Shown here one piece after another: positions 39,181-48,564 of a stretch of DNA of 64,000 nucleotides. Numbering within the stretch: the first letter of the stretch is position 1; the number at the start of each line of letters is the position of its first letter. Below the pieces are notes generated by a model, which saw only the letters and a list, made by a program, of their open reading frames with translations, was not told the DNA's origin and searched no databases. The position numbers and the translations under genes were made by a program. Source of the DNA: Myxococcota bacterium (GTDB lineage: Bacteria > Myxococcota_A > UBA9160 > UBA4427); the NCBI GenBank assembly GCA_965250285.1, contig OZ252299.1, forward strand, positions 192,001-256,000. Direction: 5' to 3'.

Positions 39181-41517
39181 TCAGTCACTCTGCGCCGCAC
39201 CGCCCGAGCCGAAGCGGGGCGGCGGTTCGGGCAGGCGCAGCAGGAGCGCCGCGAGGAGCGTCACGTCGGCGAGCAGGCAGAGCACCATCACGCTGCCGGT
39301 CAGCCAGCCGAGGTTGCGCGTGATCGCGAACTCTGAGAATGCGAAGAGCCCGAAGGCCGCGGTGAGCATGAGCGTGCTCGCGGTCACCGGCGGCAGCACC
39401 TCGCCCAGACAGCGACGCAGGGCGTCGACGGGGGCGAGGCCCGCGCTTCGCGCGACGACGAACGTGGTCGTCACGTGGATCGTGTCGTCGACCGCGATGC
39501 CGAGGGCGAGGCTCCCCATGACGACGGTGCCGGCGTCGATGGGAATGCCGAGCAGGCCCATGAACCCGAAGATGATCACGAGCGGGATCGCGTTTGGGAC
39601 GAGCGCGACCGCCGCGAGGCGCGGCCAGCGGAAAATCGCGAACAGGATCAGAGAGATCACGGCGAACGCGACCGCGAGGCCGCTCAGCTGGCCGTAGGCG
39701 ATGGCCTCCTGCGCGCGGGCGAACTCGTACATGATGCCGGTGGGCGTCGCGGTCGTGCCCGCGACGCCGTGCTCGCTCCACCAGGTGCGCGCATGGCCCG
39801 CCAGCTCGACGAGCTGTGCCGAGGCGTTGTCGTCGACGCGGAGAATCACGTTCGCCGTCTCTCGACCGGGCGTGATCACGTCGTGGATCATCTCGACCGA
39901 CTCGAGCATCAGCATGTACTGCGCTGCGAGCATGCGGCTGTCGGGCAAGGGCTGACTCGCGTCGTCCAGAAAGCCGCCGTGGATCTGTCGCAGCGGGTCG
40001 GCGACCGAGATCGCCTTGCCGACCTCGATGCGCTGATCGAGGTGCGCCGTCAAGCCGTCGATGGCACGCAGCACGTCGGGCTCGAGCACGGAGCCGCCTG
40101 GCTCGGCCTCGATCACCACGTTCATCGGGCTGATGCCGGAAAGCTCGGCGCGGATGGACTCGTACGCGTCGCGCACGGGATGCCCGATCGGGAGCCAGCG
40201 TGTCGCGTCGGTCTCGACGTCGACCGAGCCGAGCCCGAGCGCGACGAGCCCGGCCACGAGGGCCCAGACCCCGCCCACCCAGGCGGCGCGTCGATCGGCG
40301 AGGCGCGCGAGCGTCGCGGCGACCGGACCGCGCAGGCCGCCGACGAGTCGCGGCGGACGATCGGGCAGCGGGCGCAGGCAGAGCGCGGCCGGGACGAGGG
40401 TGAGCGTCGCGAACGTCACCGTCAGCACGCCGAGCGCGCCGAAAACGCCCGTGGCCCAGACCACCTCGATGCGAACCAGCGTCAGCGCAAGAAAACCGAC
40501 GACGGTCGTGAGGCCCGAGAGGGCGATCGGCAGCGTCACCGGGTCGAGCGCGTCGGCGAGCCCCGCCCGGGCGCGCACGCCACTGGCCGCCGTGAGGACG
40601 TGCATCGCATAAGCGCATCCGAGCGCGAGAATCGTCGACGGCAGCACCATCGTCGAGATCGACAGCGAGGATCCGACCCACCCCATGGCCGAGACGCTCA
40701 CCCACACGCCGGCCAGGCCGGGCAACAGACAGAGCAGCACGGCCAGGGCCGAGCGGAACATCCACAGCAGGAAGCCCCCGATCACGAGGGCGGTCAGCGG
40801 CGCGAACGTGAGGATCTCGCCCCCGGTTCGCTGATTCGCTTCGACCCGAAAGACGGGCACGCCCGACACCCGCGCGCCGATCGGGTCGGCGAGCGCATAG
40901 ACCTGCTCGAGGAGCCGGGCCTGTCGATCGGCCGCATCGGCTTCGAGGATCAGGTTGAGCGCGAAGGTGCGACCGTCGGCCGAGACCAGGCTGTCGGGCA
41001 GGATGCGGTCGCGGCCGGCGAGTCGGCGCGCACGCTCGGTCGCGGTCAGAAGATCGTGGCCGCCCGGATCGAACGCGGGATCGAGATGCAGCGTGCCTTC
41101 GACGTCGACGTCGATGACGGGCAGGCTCGCCACGCTGTCGACGCGGGCGACGCCTTCGAGGGTCTCGAAGCGCTCGCTCAGGTGCGCGACCCGGTCGAGT
41201 GTCTCGGGTGCCCAGGCTGGCTCGGCGGTGAGCGCGACGACGATCAGCTCGTCGCCGCCGAACAGGGTCTGGCTCTCCTGATAGACCGCCCACTCGGCGC
41301 CGCGATGATCGAGCACGCTGTCGGTCGAGGTGTCGACGCGCAGCCAGAGGAGCCCGGGCGAGAGGGCGATCAGAGCGAGCAGCCAGCCGACGATCGTGAC
41401 GGCCGGCCGGCGCATGGCGGCGCGGGTCAGGCCGCGCGGCAGCCGCGAGCGCGCAGCGAGCCAGGGCGGCGCGGCGCCGGGCCGCTCGCCTTCGGCTTCC
41501 GAATGCGCGTCGCTCAC
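39181..41517 (-). CDS. MMPL/RND-superfamily lipid transporter
   Basis: Two repeats of TM, periplasmic loop and 5 TM; FGGDE, SGLTTVVGF, LGIAVDDTIH; GTG start inferred (ORF track starts at 41550). Confidence 0.92.
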   Translation of the reverse strand: MSDAHSEAEGERPGAAPPWLAARSRLPRGLTRAAMRRPAVTIVGWLLALIALSPGLLWLRVDTSTDSVLDHRGAEWAVYQESQTLFGGDELIVVALTAEPAWAPETLDRVAHLSERFETLEGVARVDSVASLPVIDVDVEGTLHLDPAFDPGGHDLLTATERARRLAGRDRILPDSLVSADGRTFALNLILEADAADRQARLLEQVYALADPIGARVSGVPVFRVEANQRTGGEILTFAPLTALVIGGFLLWMFRSALAVLLCLLPGLAGVWVSVSAMGWVGSSLSISTMVLPSTILALGCAYAMHVLTAASGVRARAGLADALDPVTLPIALSGLTTVVGFLALTLVRIEVVWATGVFGALGVLTVTFATLTLVPAALCLRPLPDRPPRLVGGLRGPVAATLARLADRRAAWVGGVWALVAGLVALGLGSVDVETDATRWLPIGHPVRDAYESIRAELSGISPMNVVIEAEPGGSVLEPDVLRAIDGLTAHLDQRIEVGKAISVADPLRQIHGGFLDDASQPLPDSRMLAAQYMLMLESVEMIHDVITPGRETANVILRVDDNASAQLVELAGHARTWWSEHGVAGTTATPTGIMYEFARAQEAIAYGQLSGLAVAFAVISLILFAIFRWPRLAAVALVPNAIPLVIIFGFMGLLGIPIDAGTVVMGSLALGIAVDDTIHVTTTFVVARSAGLAPVDALRRCLGEVLPPVTASTLMLTAAFGLFAFSEFAITRNLGWLTGSVMVLCLLADVTLLAALLLRLPEPPPRFGSGGAAQSD

Positions 41518-41694
41518 GAGGCGGCCTCCCGCCGGCTGCGGATGCCGCACCCGTCGAGCCCCACCGCCACTGCGTGGGCGCGACGGCGCAGGGCGTGGGC
41601 GGGATCCGTCGTGTGCGGGGGTTTCGCAGCGATCTGAGGAGGCTCCCGGCGGTGAATTGGACCGCCTCTCGAGCGTGCAAGCGGCGCCAGAAAA

Positions 41695-41741
41695 TGGCGA
41701 TGCCGTTGCGAATTCGCAACTTATGATTCAACACGTTGATT
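41695..41741. promoter_or_regulatory. Regulatory cluster: sigma54-like motif, perfect 16-bp palindrome and IHF consensus site
   Basis: TGGCGATGCCGTTGCG (41695-41710, GG-N10-GC); GTTGCGAATTCGCAAC (41705-41720); minus-strand AATCAACGTGTTG (41729-41741) fits WATCAANNNNTTR. Confidence 0.55.
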
Positions 41742-42082
41742 CCAAACACACTTCTGCCAAAATGGGGGGGTCGAGGCAACCCGTTCTGGGGGGCGCCTGT
41801 CGTCGTCTCGCGATGTCGGCTCGAACTCGGGTTCGAATCGCACCCGCATCGCGAGGAGATACGACCGACGAAACGACCGAGCGGCGGGTCGTTTGAATCG
41901 GTCTGGCAGAGCCGGCGGTGCGCGTCGACACCATAGGAGCAGGGAGCCATGGGCTCCCCGACGGTGGCTCCGCGCGACCGTCGGCCGACTTCGTCTCGCC
42001 CATCGCCCTCGCCCGGGCGATCTCACGGGTAACGAGAGAAGTCGGCGCGCCATACCCCCCGCCGAAGCCCGATCGAGGGGCC

Positions 42083-44608
42083 ATGCTGGACCGGTCCGAC
42101 CGGATCGCTGACGACGCGTTGCGCGGGCTTCACCCCTCGGCGATCCGAGGGGACGAGGCCGTTCGCGGCGTGCTCGAGCGCGCCCGCCTGGCCGGCGCGA
42201 TCTTTCACCGAGGCCTCAACGCCCGGGTCGACCTCGAGACGGCCGAGCTGCTCGGGCTCGCCGGCGATCGACTGGTGCTCCGAACCCACGGCTTCGACCG
42301 GCGCCCGCGCCGTCAGGTCTTTCTGAACTTCGAGCTCGACGGGCGCCCCTACTTCTTCGCGACCGAGCCGCTCGAGTCGGTCGATGCCGGACGACTCGTC
42401 GTCGCGATGCCGAGCGCGATCTATTTCACCGAGCGCCGCGATCGTCACCGCGCTGCGCCGATCCCCGATCGCGGTGATCCGAGCCGGGTCGAGCTGAGTG
42501 CGCATGGGGATGCCTGGGTCGAGGCGCGCGTCGCCGACATCTCCGCCGGTGGACTCGGGCTCGAGGTCGAGAGCGACGGCCCGCTGAACGGCACCGGTGT
42601 GGCGGGCCAGGACGACGTCGCGATTCGCTTCGTCGACGGTCGACGTGCGGGCGAGTGGACCCGCGCGCGTGTCCGCAACCGCGGCGCCGACGAGCATCGG
42701 CCGGGCTGGACGCGCATCGGCCTGACCGAGGGCGCGGCGCGCGCGACACAGCTGATCGCGGTCGATCGACGCAGCGACGTCGTCGGCGGGCTCGAGGCGG
42801 CCGAGCCGGCGCGACACGGCGCCGACGAAGTCACCACGCGCATCGCCAGCCCCGAGATCGAGGTTGCCCGCTTCCTCGAAGCCGGCGGCCGCGAGATCGT
42901 GGCCCTGGTCGATTCGACGGGCCCGCGCGCGGGCGGTACGGCCGTGATCCTGCAGAACGGGTGGGGGCAGACCAAGGAGGCGCTGCTGCCCCTCGCCCGC
43001 ACCCTCGTCACGACCTTCGGCGCCCACGATGAGCCGCTCACGGTGCTGCGATTCGATGGCGTCCAGAAGCGCGGCGAGAGCGAGAAGGATGCGCCGAGTC
43101 GGATCCCCGGCCGCGAGTGCCACCGCTTCGTGTTCTCGCAGGGGGTGGCCGACCTTCAGGCGTGTGTCGACTACCTCCAGGCCGACCCCGATCGACGACC
43201 CGACCGAATCTTCGTCGTGAGCTTCAGCGCCGGTGCGATCGAGGCCCGCAAGGCGGTCGCGCTCGACCGCGGCGCGCGCATCGACGGCTGGATCAGCGTG
43301 GTGGGGGCGCCCGACCTGCAGTCGATGACCCGCAGCATCTCGGGCGGCGTCGACTTCGTCGCGGGCTTCGAGCGCGGCCTGCGCTTCGGCCGCCAGGAGC
43401 TGCTCGGCGTCGAGGTCGACATCGACCTGCTGGCGCCCGACGCCGCCGAGCTCGGCGTGCTCCACATCGAAGATGCCCGGGCCGATCTCGCGTCGATCGG
43501 CGTGCCGATCGTGTGGATCCACGGCCAGCACGACGCATGGATCAGCCTCGACCGGGTCCGCGACGTGCTCTCGTACGGCGACACGTCACGGCGCAAGCTG
43601 ATGCTGTTGCCCATCGCCCATCGCCTCGAGACCAGTCGACAGGCGAGTGAGACCTTCCGGCTGATCGCCCACGAGCTCGCGGCGATGTCGCTCGGGCGCA
43701 GCCTCGAGCCCGTTGCGCCCGAAGCGCGCGACGTGCGCGCGAGACGGCGCGTCGAACGCACGCGTCGTCCGCGCCCGGGCACCGATCTGCGCGCGTTCTG
43801 GAAGGACTATCTGGTCGGGCGAGACGGCTCGGTCGGGATCGAGCTGATGACCGCGTGCAGCGACTATCGCCTGCTGATGGCCGAGCAGATCGATGCGCTC
43901 GAGCTGCAGGGGGGCGAGCGGATCGCCGATCTCGGCTGCGGCACGGGTTCCCTCGTGATGGAGCTGGCGCGTCGGGCCGATCGACCCGAAGGCCTGCACG
44001 TCTTCGGCTTCGACTACGTGCGAGACGCGCTCGCGCGGGGCCGGGCGCGCTTCGATGCGACGGGCCCGCACGGAGATCTGAGGCTGAACCTCACCGAAGC
44101 CAACCTCGACGTCGGCGCGGGGCCGCTCGGCGTGCCGGCCCCGACCGGCGCCTTCGACTGCGTGATGGCGTCGCTGCTGCTCAGCTACGTCGAGCGGCCG
44201 GCCGTGCTGCTCGACGAGATGCTGCGCATCCTGCGCCCGGGCGGCACGCTCGTGCTCTCTTCGCTGCGGCGCGACGCCGACATCTCGCGGCTCTACGTCG
44301 AGAGCCTGGCCGAGATGCAGGTGGGCGATGCCGCCGCCGCGCTGCCCGAGCTCGGTGCGGTCGGGCTCGACCGGGTCGCGCGCAACTTCCTGAACGACGC
44401 CGCCCGGATCCTCGAGTTCGAGGAGCAGGGGGCCTTCGCTTTCTGGGAGCCCGACGAGCTCGTCGACATGCTCGCCCGAGCCGGGTTCCGAGACGTCGAG
44501 ACCCGCCTCGCGTTCGGGACGCCCGCCCAGGCGGTCGTGGTGCGCGCGCAGCGCCCGGCGGCCGTGCTGGTGCGCCCAGCGACGAGCGAGCGCGCCTACG
44601 GCACCTGA
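42083..44608 (+). CDS. PilZ-domain / LuxD-like acyl-ACP thioesterase / class I SAM methyltransferase fusion protein
   Basis: PilZ RxxxR (ERRDRHR) and DxSxxG (DISAGG); alpha/beta-hydrolase VSFSAG, HDAW, AHRL; methyltransferase ADLGCGTG and LRILRPGG. Confidence 0.85.
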   Translation: MLDRSDRIADDALRGLHPSAIRGDEAVRGVLERARLAGAIFHRGLNARVDLETAELLGLAGDRLVLRTHGFDRRPRRQVFLNFELDGRPYFFATEPLESVDAGRLVVAMPSAIYFTERRDRHRAAPIPDRGDPSRVELSAHGDAWVEARVADISAGGLGLEVESDGPLNGTGVAGQDDVAIRFVDGRRAGEWTRARVRNRGADEHRPGWTRIGLTEGAARATQLIAVDRRSDVVGGLEAAEPARHGADEVTTRIASPEIEVARFLEAGGREIVALVDSTGPRAGGTAVILQNGWGQTKEALLPLARTLVTTFGAHDEPLTVLRFDGVQKRGESEKDAPSRIPGRECHRFVFSQGVADLQACVDYLQADPDRRPDRIFVVSFSAGAIEARKAVALDRGARIDGWISVVGAPDLQSMTRSISGGVDFVAGFERGLRFGRQELLGVEVDIDLLAPDAAELGVLHIEDARADLASIGVPIVWIHGQHDAWISLDRVRDVLSYGDTSRRKLMLLPIAHRLETSRQASETFRLIAHELAAMSLGRSLEPVAPEARDVRARRRVERTRRPRPGTDLRAFWKDYLVGRDGSVGIELMTACSDYRLLMAEQIDALELQGGERIADLGCGTGSLVMELARRADRPEGLHVFGFDYVRDALARGRARFDATGPHGDLRLNLTEANLDVGAGPLGVPAPTGAFDCVMASLLLSYVERPAVLLDEMLRILRPGGTLVLSSLRRDADISRLYVESLAEMQVGDAAAALPELGAVGLDRVARNFLNDAARILEFEEQGAFAFWEPDELVDMLARAGFRDVETRLAFGTPAQAVVVRAQRPAAVLVRPATSERAYGT

Positions 44609-44664
44609 GCGGGGCCGACCGCGGCACACGGGCGCGCCTTTGCGGGCCAAGCCCCCGAATTTCA

Positions 44665-44690
44665 TCAAGATTCACTCGTCGAAGGCCGAT
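44665..44690 (+). promoter_or_regulatory. Putative sigma28 promoter
   Basis: TCAAG-N15-GCCGAT, 9 nt before ATG 44700. Confidence 0.55.
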
Positions 44691-44699
44691 GCGCCGGGC

Positions 44700-47435
44700 A
44701 TGCCGGACCGCACCCGCGACGAGGCCACCCAGCGCCGCGCGCTGTATCGCGAATTTCGCGAGATGACCGAGGGCAAGCCCCTCGTCGACTCGCTGCGCAA
44801 CGCCGCCCTGATCTTCGGTGCCCTGCAGACGATCTTCTTCATCCCGGCCGACTGGCTGCTCTTTCCGGATCAGTTCTCGTTCTTCCTCAAGGCGCGCCTC
44901 GCCGAGAATGCGCTGCTCGCGCTCGTCTACTTTCAGATCGCGAAGCGGGCGCCGGTCGCCGGCGCCGCGCTGGTCATGTGGTCGGGCGCGGCGCTCTTCC
45001 TCGCGATGGTGCACGCCACCGGGGGCGTCGAGAGCGGCTACTACGTCGGGCTGATCCTGATCGTCATCGGCATGGGGGTGCTCGCGCCGATCTCGGCGAC
45101 CCAGGCGAGCTGGATCAACGGGCTGATCTTCGCCGGCTACACCGCCGTGCCCTTCATCAGTCACGGCACGAGCGAGCCGATCGCCTGGCCGACCTTCGCG
45201 ATGCACGCGTTCTTTCTCGTCACGGCGTGCTTCGAGTCGATTCTCGCGTGCTTCCACATGGACCGCATGCGTTTTCAGGACTTCCTGCAGAAGCGCGAGA
45301 TCGAGCGTGCGCGGGACGAGCTCGCCGAGCTCGACCGGGCCAAGTCGCGCTTCTCGGCGAACGTGCACCACGAGCTGCGCACGCCGCTCACGCTGATCCT
45401 CGCGCCCCTCGATGCCCTGCGAGGCCGCGAGTTCGGTGAACTCTCCCGGGACGTGCGGCACGTGCTCGACACGATGCACGCGAACGGCCGCCGTCTCTAC
45501 AAGATGATCAACAACCTGCTCGACCTCTCGAAGCTCGAGAGTGACCAGCTCGAGGTCGTTCGGCGGCCGACGCATGTGGGTCGGTTGATTTCCGAGCTGG
45601 TCACCGCCGCGCAACCGCTCGCCGAGCGCAAGGGCGTCACGCTCGAGATCGCTGGCTTCGACGACGCACCCGAGCTGAACGTCGATCCCGAGGCGATCGA
45701 GAAGGTCTTCGTGAACCTCGTCGGCAACTCGCTGAAGTTCACCGAGCCGGGCGACCGCGTGCGCGTCGAAGCCGAGCGCATCGACGATGGCCTCGAGATC
45801 CGCGTGGTCGATACCGGCATCGGGATCCCACACGAGAAGGTCGACTCGATCTTCGACCGATTTGCCCAGGTCGACGGGTCGGTGACGCGCCGACACGAGG
45901 GCACCGGCATCGGTCTGGCCATCGCGCGCGAGATGGTCGAGCTGCACGGCGGTCGCATCGTCGCCGAAAGCGCGGGGCTCGGCGAGGGCACCACCGTGCG
46001 GGTCTGGCTGCCGCCCGGCCAATGCGACGCGAACGCCGAAGACGAGGTGCTGCAGACCGACAGCGGTTCGGTGCTCGGTCTCTCGCACTCGATCGAAGCG
46101 GTCGAAGCCGACCTCATGCTCGAGGCCGATGAAGCCGCCGCACACGGCGACGGCGCCGATCCGCGTCTCGATGACGTGGAGCGCACGGTCGAGCGCTACG
46201 AAGACGCCGAGATGGTGGCCGCACGCGGCGGCGTGAAGGGGCCCTCGGGCGAGGTCGCCGAGGTGTTGATCGCCGAGGACAACCCCGACATGCGGGCGCT
46301 GCTCGCGACGCTGGTGGGGCGGCACTACCGCGTGCGAGCTGCCCGGAACGGGCGCGAGGCGCTCGAGATGGCGCGCGAGCAGGCGCCCGATCTCGTCCTG
46401 TCCGACGTGATGATGCCCGAGATGTCGGGCACCGAGCTGTGCCAGGCGATCAAGTCGGATCCGTCGCTCGAGAATCTGCCCGTCGTGCTCGTGACCTCGA
46501 AGGCCGAAGACGAGATGAAGATCGAGGGGCTCGAGCTCGGTGCAGACGACTACGTCACCAAGCCGTTCCACCCGCGTGAGCTGCTCGCGCGCATCCACTC
46601 GCTCGTCCGCGTCAGCACGCTGCAGCGCGCGCTCGAGGGTCGCAACGATCAGCTCGAACGCACGCTCTCGGAGCTCAAGGAAGCCCAGGTCCAGCTCGTG
46701 AAGAGCGAGCGCCTCGCCGCCGTCGGTGAGCTGGCAGCGGGGATCGCCCACGAGGTCAACAACCCGGTCAACTTTGCCCTCAACGCAGCGCGGGCCATGC
46801 AGCTCTCGGTGGAAGAGCTCGATGACCTGGCCGAGTCGGACGGTGAGACCGCCAAGGAGCTGGCCGAAGCACAGGAGGTCGCCGAGACGATCCGCGAGCT
46901 GTCGGGGATCGTGAGTGAGGGGCTCAACCGCACGTCGGTGCTCGTCGCCGATCTGCGCGACTTCGCGTCGGGCAACCAGGGCAAGGCGCGCTCGACCGTC
47001 TCGCTCGAACGCGGCGTGCAATCGACCCTTCACCTGCTCGGTCGGGCCGCGTCCGATGCGGGCGTCGCGCTGGTGCCCGAGATTCAGGAGGGCGTGGCCT
47101 TCGTCGAGGGCGACGCCGGGGCGCTCAACCAGGTGATGCTGAACCTGGTGAAGAACGCGATCCAGGCGGTCGGCGAGGGCGGGCACATCGAGGTCGCGCT
47201 CTCGGGCGACGACGAGACCGTGCGGTTCACGGTGCGCGACGACGGGCCTGGCATCGACGAAGAGACGAGCCTTCGGCTCTTCGAGCCCTTCTTTACCACC
47301 AAGGCGCCGGGCGAGGGGACGGGTCTCGGTCTCTCGATCAGCCGGCAGATCGCGCGCGATCACGGCGGCGATCTCGACGTCGAGAGCACGCCCGGCGAAG
47401 GCGCGACCTTCACGCTGACCTTGCCGGCCATCTGA
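44700..47435 (+). CDS. Membrane hybrid histidine kinase: multi-TM sensor, HisKA/HATPase, REC, second HisKA/HATPase
   Basis: About 6 TM helices; HHELRTP, N/G boxes (NLVGNSLKF, DTGIG, GTGIGL); REC (IAEDN, SDVMMP, KPF); second AHEVNNP, NLVKNA, DDGPG, FFTTK, GTGLGL. Confidence 0.95.
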   Translation: MPDRTRDEATQRRALYREFREMTEGKPLVDSLRNAALIFGALQTIFFIPADWLLFPDQFSFFLKARLAENALLALVYFQIAKRAPVAGAALVMWSGAALFLAMVHATGGVESGYYVGLILIVIGMGVLAPISATQASWINGLIFAGYTAVPFISHGTSEPIAWPTFAMHAFFLVTACFESILACFHMDRMRFQDFLQKREIERARDELAELDRAKSRFSANVHHELRTPLTLILAPLDALRGREFGELSRDVRHVLDTMHANGRRLYKMINNLLDLSKLESDQLEVVRRPTHVGRLISELVTAAQPLAERKGVTLEIAGFDDAPELNVDPEAIEKVFVNLVGNSLKFTEPGDRVRVEAERIDDGLEIRVVDTGIGIPHEKVDSIFDRFAQVDGSVTRRHEGTGIGLAIAREMVELHGGRIVAESAGLGEGTTVRVWLPPGQCDANAEDEVLQTDSGSVLGLSHSIEAVEADLMLEADEAAAHGDGADPRLDDVERTVERYEDAEMVAARGGVKGPSGEVAEVLIAEDNPDMRALLATLVGRHYRVRAARNGREALEMAREQAPDLVLSDVMMPEMSGTELCQAIKSDPSLENLPVVLVTSKAEDEMKIEGLELGADDYVTKPFHPRELLARIHSLVRVSTLQRALEGRNDQLERTLSELKEAQVQLVKSERLAAVGELAAGIAHEVNNPVNFALNAARAMQLSVEELDDLAESDGETAKELAEAQEVAETIRELSGIVSEGLNRTSVLVADLRDFASGNQGKARSTVSLERGVQSTLHLLGRAASDAGVALVPEIQEGVAFVEGDAGALNQVMLNLVKNAIQAVGEGGHIEVALSGDDETVRFTVRDDGPGIDEETSLRLFEPFFTTKAPGEGTGLGLSISRQIARDHGGDLDVESTPGEGATFTLTLPAI

Positions 47436-47504
47436 CCCGACTGCGACGGACGAGGCGCCGGCGACGCATCGACCGCACGCGGTGTCGCCCGCTACGCTTG
47501 CGGC

Positions 47505-48560
47505 ATGGCAGCGAAGAAGAAGAGCACCAAGAAGGCTTCGAAGAAGAAGGCGGCGAAGAAGAAGGCCGCGCGAAAGAAGACCGCGCGTCAGAAGACGGCG
47601 GCGCGCAAGAAGCTCGCCATCGCCAAGACGAGCAAGGGCCTCGCGCCGGGCGATCTCTCGCTCGGCGTCGAAGCGCCCGAGCTGGCGGGGCTGGTCAGCG
47701 AGATCGTCGGCCACGGCGGCGAGGCGCTGGGCGCGTACCGCGAGCCGCTCTCGGGTCGGCCGATGCTGCTCGCGGCGCTGCCGATCAAGTCGGTCGAGCC
47801 CACGCCGTTTCAGCGCGACCTGTCACCCACCCACACGAAGCGACTCGCGCAGAAGATCGAAGAGAGCGGATCGTTCCTCGACCCGATCATCGTGGTGCGC
47901 GGCGAAGACGGCCGTCTCTGGACGCCCAACGGTCGCCATCGTCTCGCGTCGGCGAAGGTGATCGGCCTGCAGTCGATCACCGCGCTCGTCTCGCCCGACG
48001 AAGACCTCGCCTTTCGCATTCTGGCGCTCAACACCGAGAAGGCGCACAACTTGAAGGACCGCAGCCTCGAGGTGATCCGGATGGCGCAGGAGCTCGCGCG
48101 CCGCCGGCCGCGCTCGCGCGAGACCGACTTTGCCGCCGAGTTCGAGGCGCCCGAGCTGCTGACGCTCGGCCTGATCTATCTCGAGAACGGCCGCTTCGCC
48201 GGCGGCGCCTACAGCCCGTTCCTGAAAAAGGTCGATCGCTTTCACACGAAGACGCTGCCGGCGAGCCTAAAGGAGCGCGAGGGCTACGCCGCGCGGCTGG
48301 TCGAGATCGACGGCGAGGTGAAGCGCATCATCGCCGAGCTGCAGGAGCGCGGGTTCAAATCGCCCTATCTGCGCAACTACGTCGTCGCGCGGATCAACCC
48401 GGTCCGCTTCCACCGGGCCAAGAAGGGCGAGACCGAGCCGCCGATGGCGATGAAGGCGGCGCTGATTCGCATGGCCGCGTCGGCGAAGAAGTTCGACGTC
48501 GCCGGCGTTCGCGAGCGCGATCTCGCGCTCGTGTCGGCCGCCGTGGGCGGGAGCGACTGA
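47505..48560 (+). CDS. ParB/Srx N-terminal-domain protein with histone-H1-like Lys/Ala-rich N-terminus
   Basis: AAKKKSTKKASKKKAAKKKAARKK tail; TPFQRD...DPIIVVR...PNGRHRL ParB-like motif. Confidence 0.8.
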   Translation: MAAKKKSTKKASKKKAAKKKAARKKTARQKTAARKKLAIAKTSKGLAPGDLSLGVEAPELAGLVSEIVGHGGEALGAYREPLSGRPMLLAALPIKSVEPTPFQRDLSPTHTKRLAQKIEESGSFLDPIIVVRGEDGRLWTPNGRHRLASAKVIGLQSITALVSPDEDLAFRILALNTEKAHNLKDRSLEVIRMAQELARRRPRSRETDFAAEFEAPELLTLGLIYLENGRFAGGAYSPFLKKVDRFHTKTLPASLKEREGYAARLVEIDGEVKRIIAELQERGFKSPYLRNYVVARINPVRFHRAKKGETEPPMAMKAALIRMAASAKKFDVAGVRERDLALVSAAVGGSD

Positions 48561-48564
48561 AGGC

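Noticed and set aside
42830..43700. LuxD-like domain as evidence of bioluminescence, with LLM genes as luxAB
   Set aside because: No luxC or luxE in the window; the LLM genes are scattered and look like generic flavin/F420 oxidoreductases.
44181..47714. 1177-aa minus-strand ORF
   Set aside because: Antisense shadow of the hybrid kinase; no motifs, and long stop-free reverse frames are expected at this GC content.
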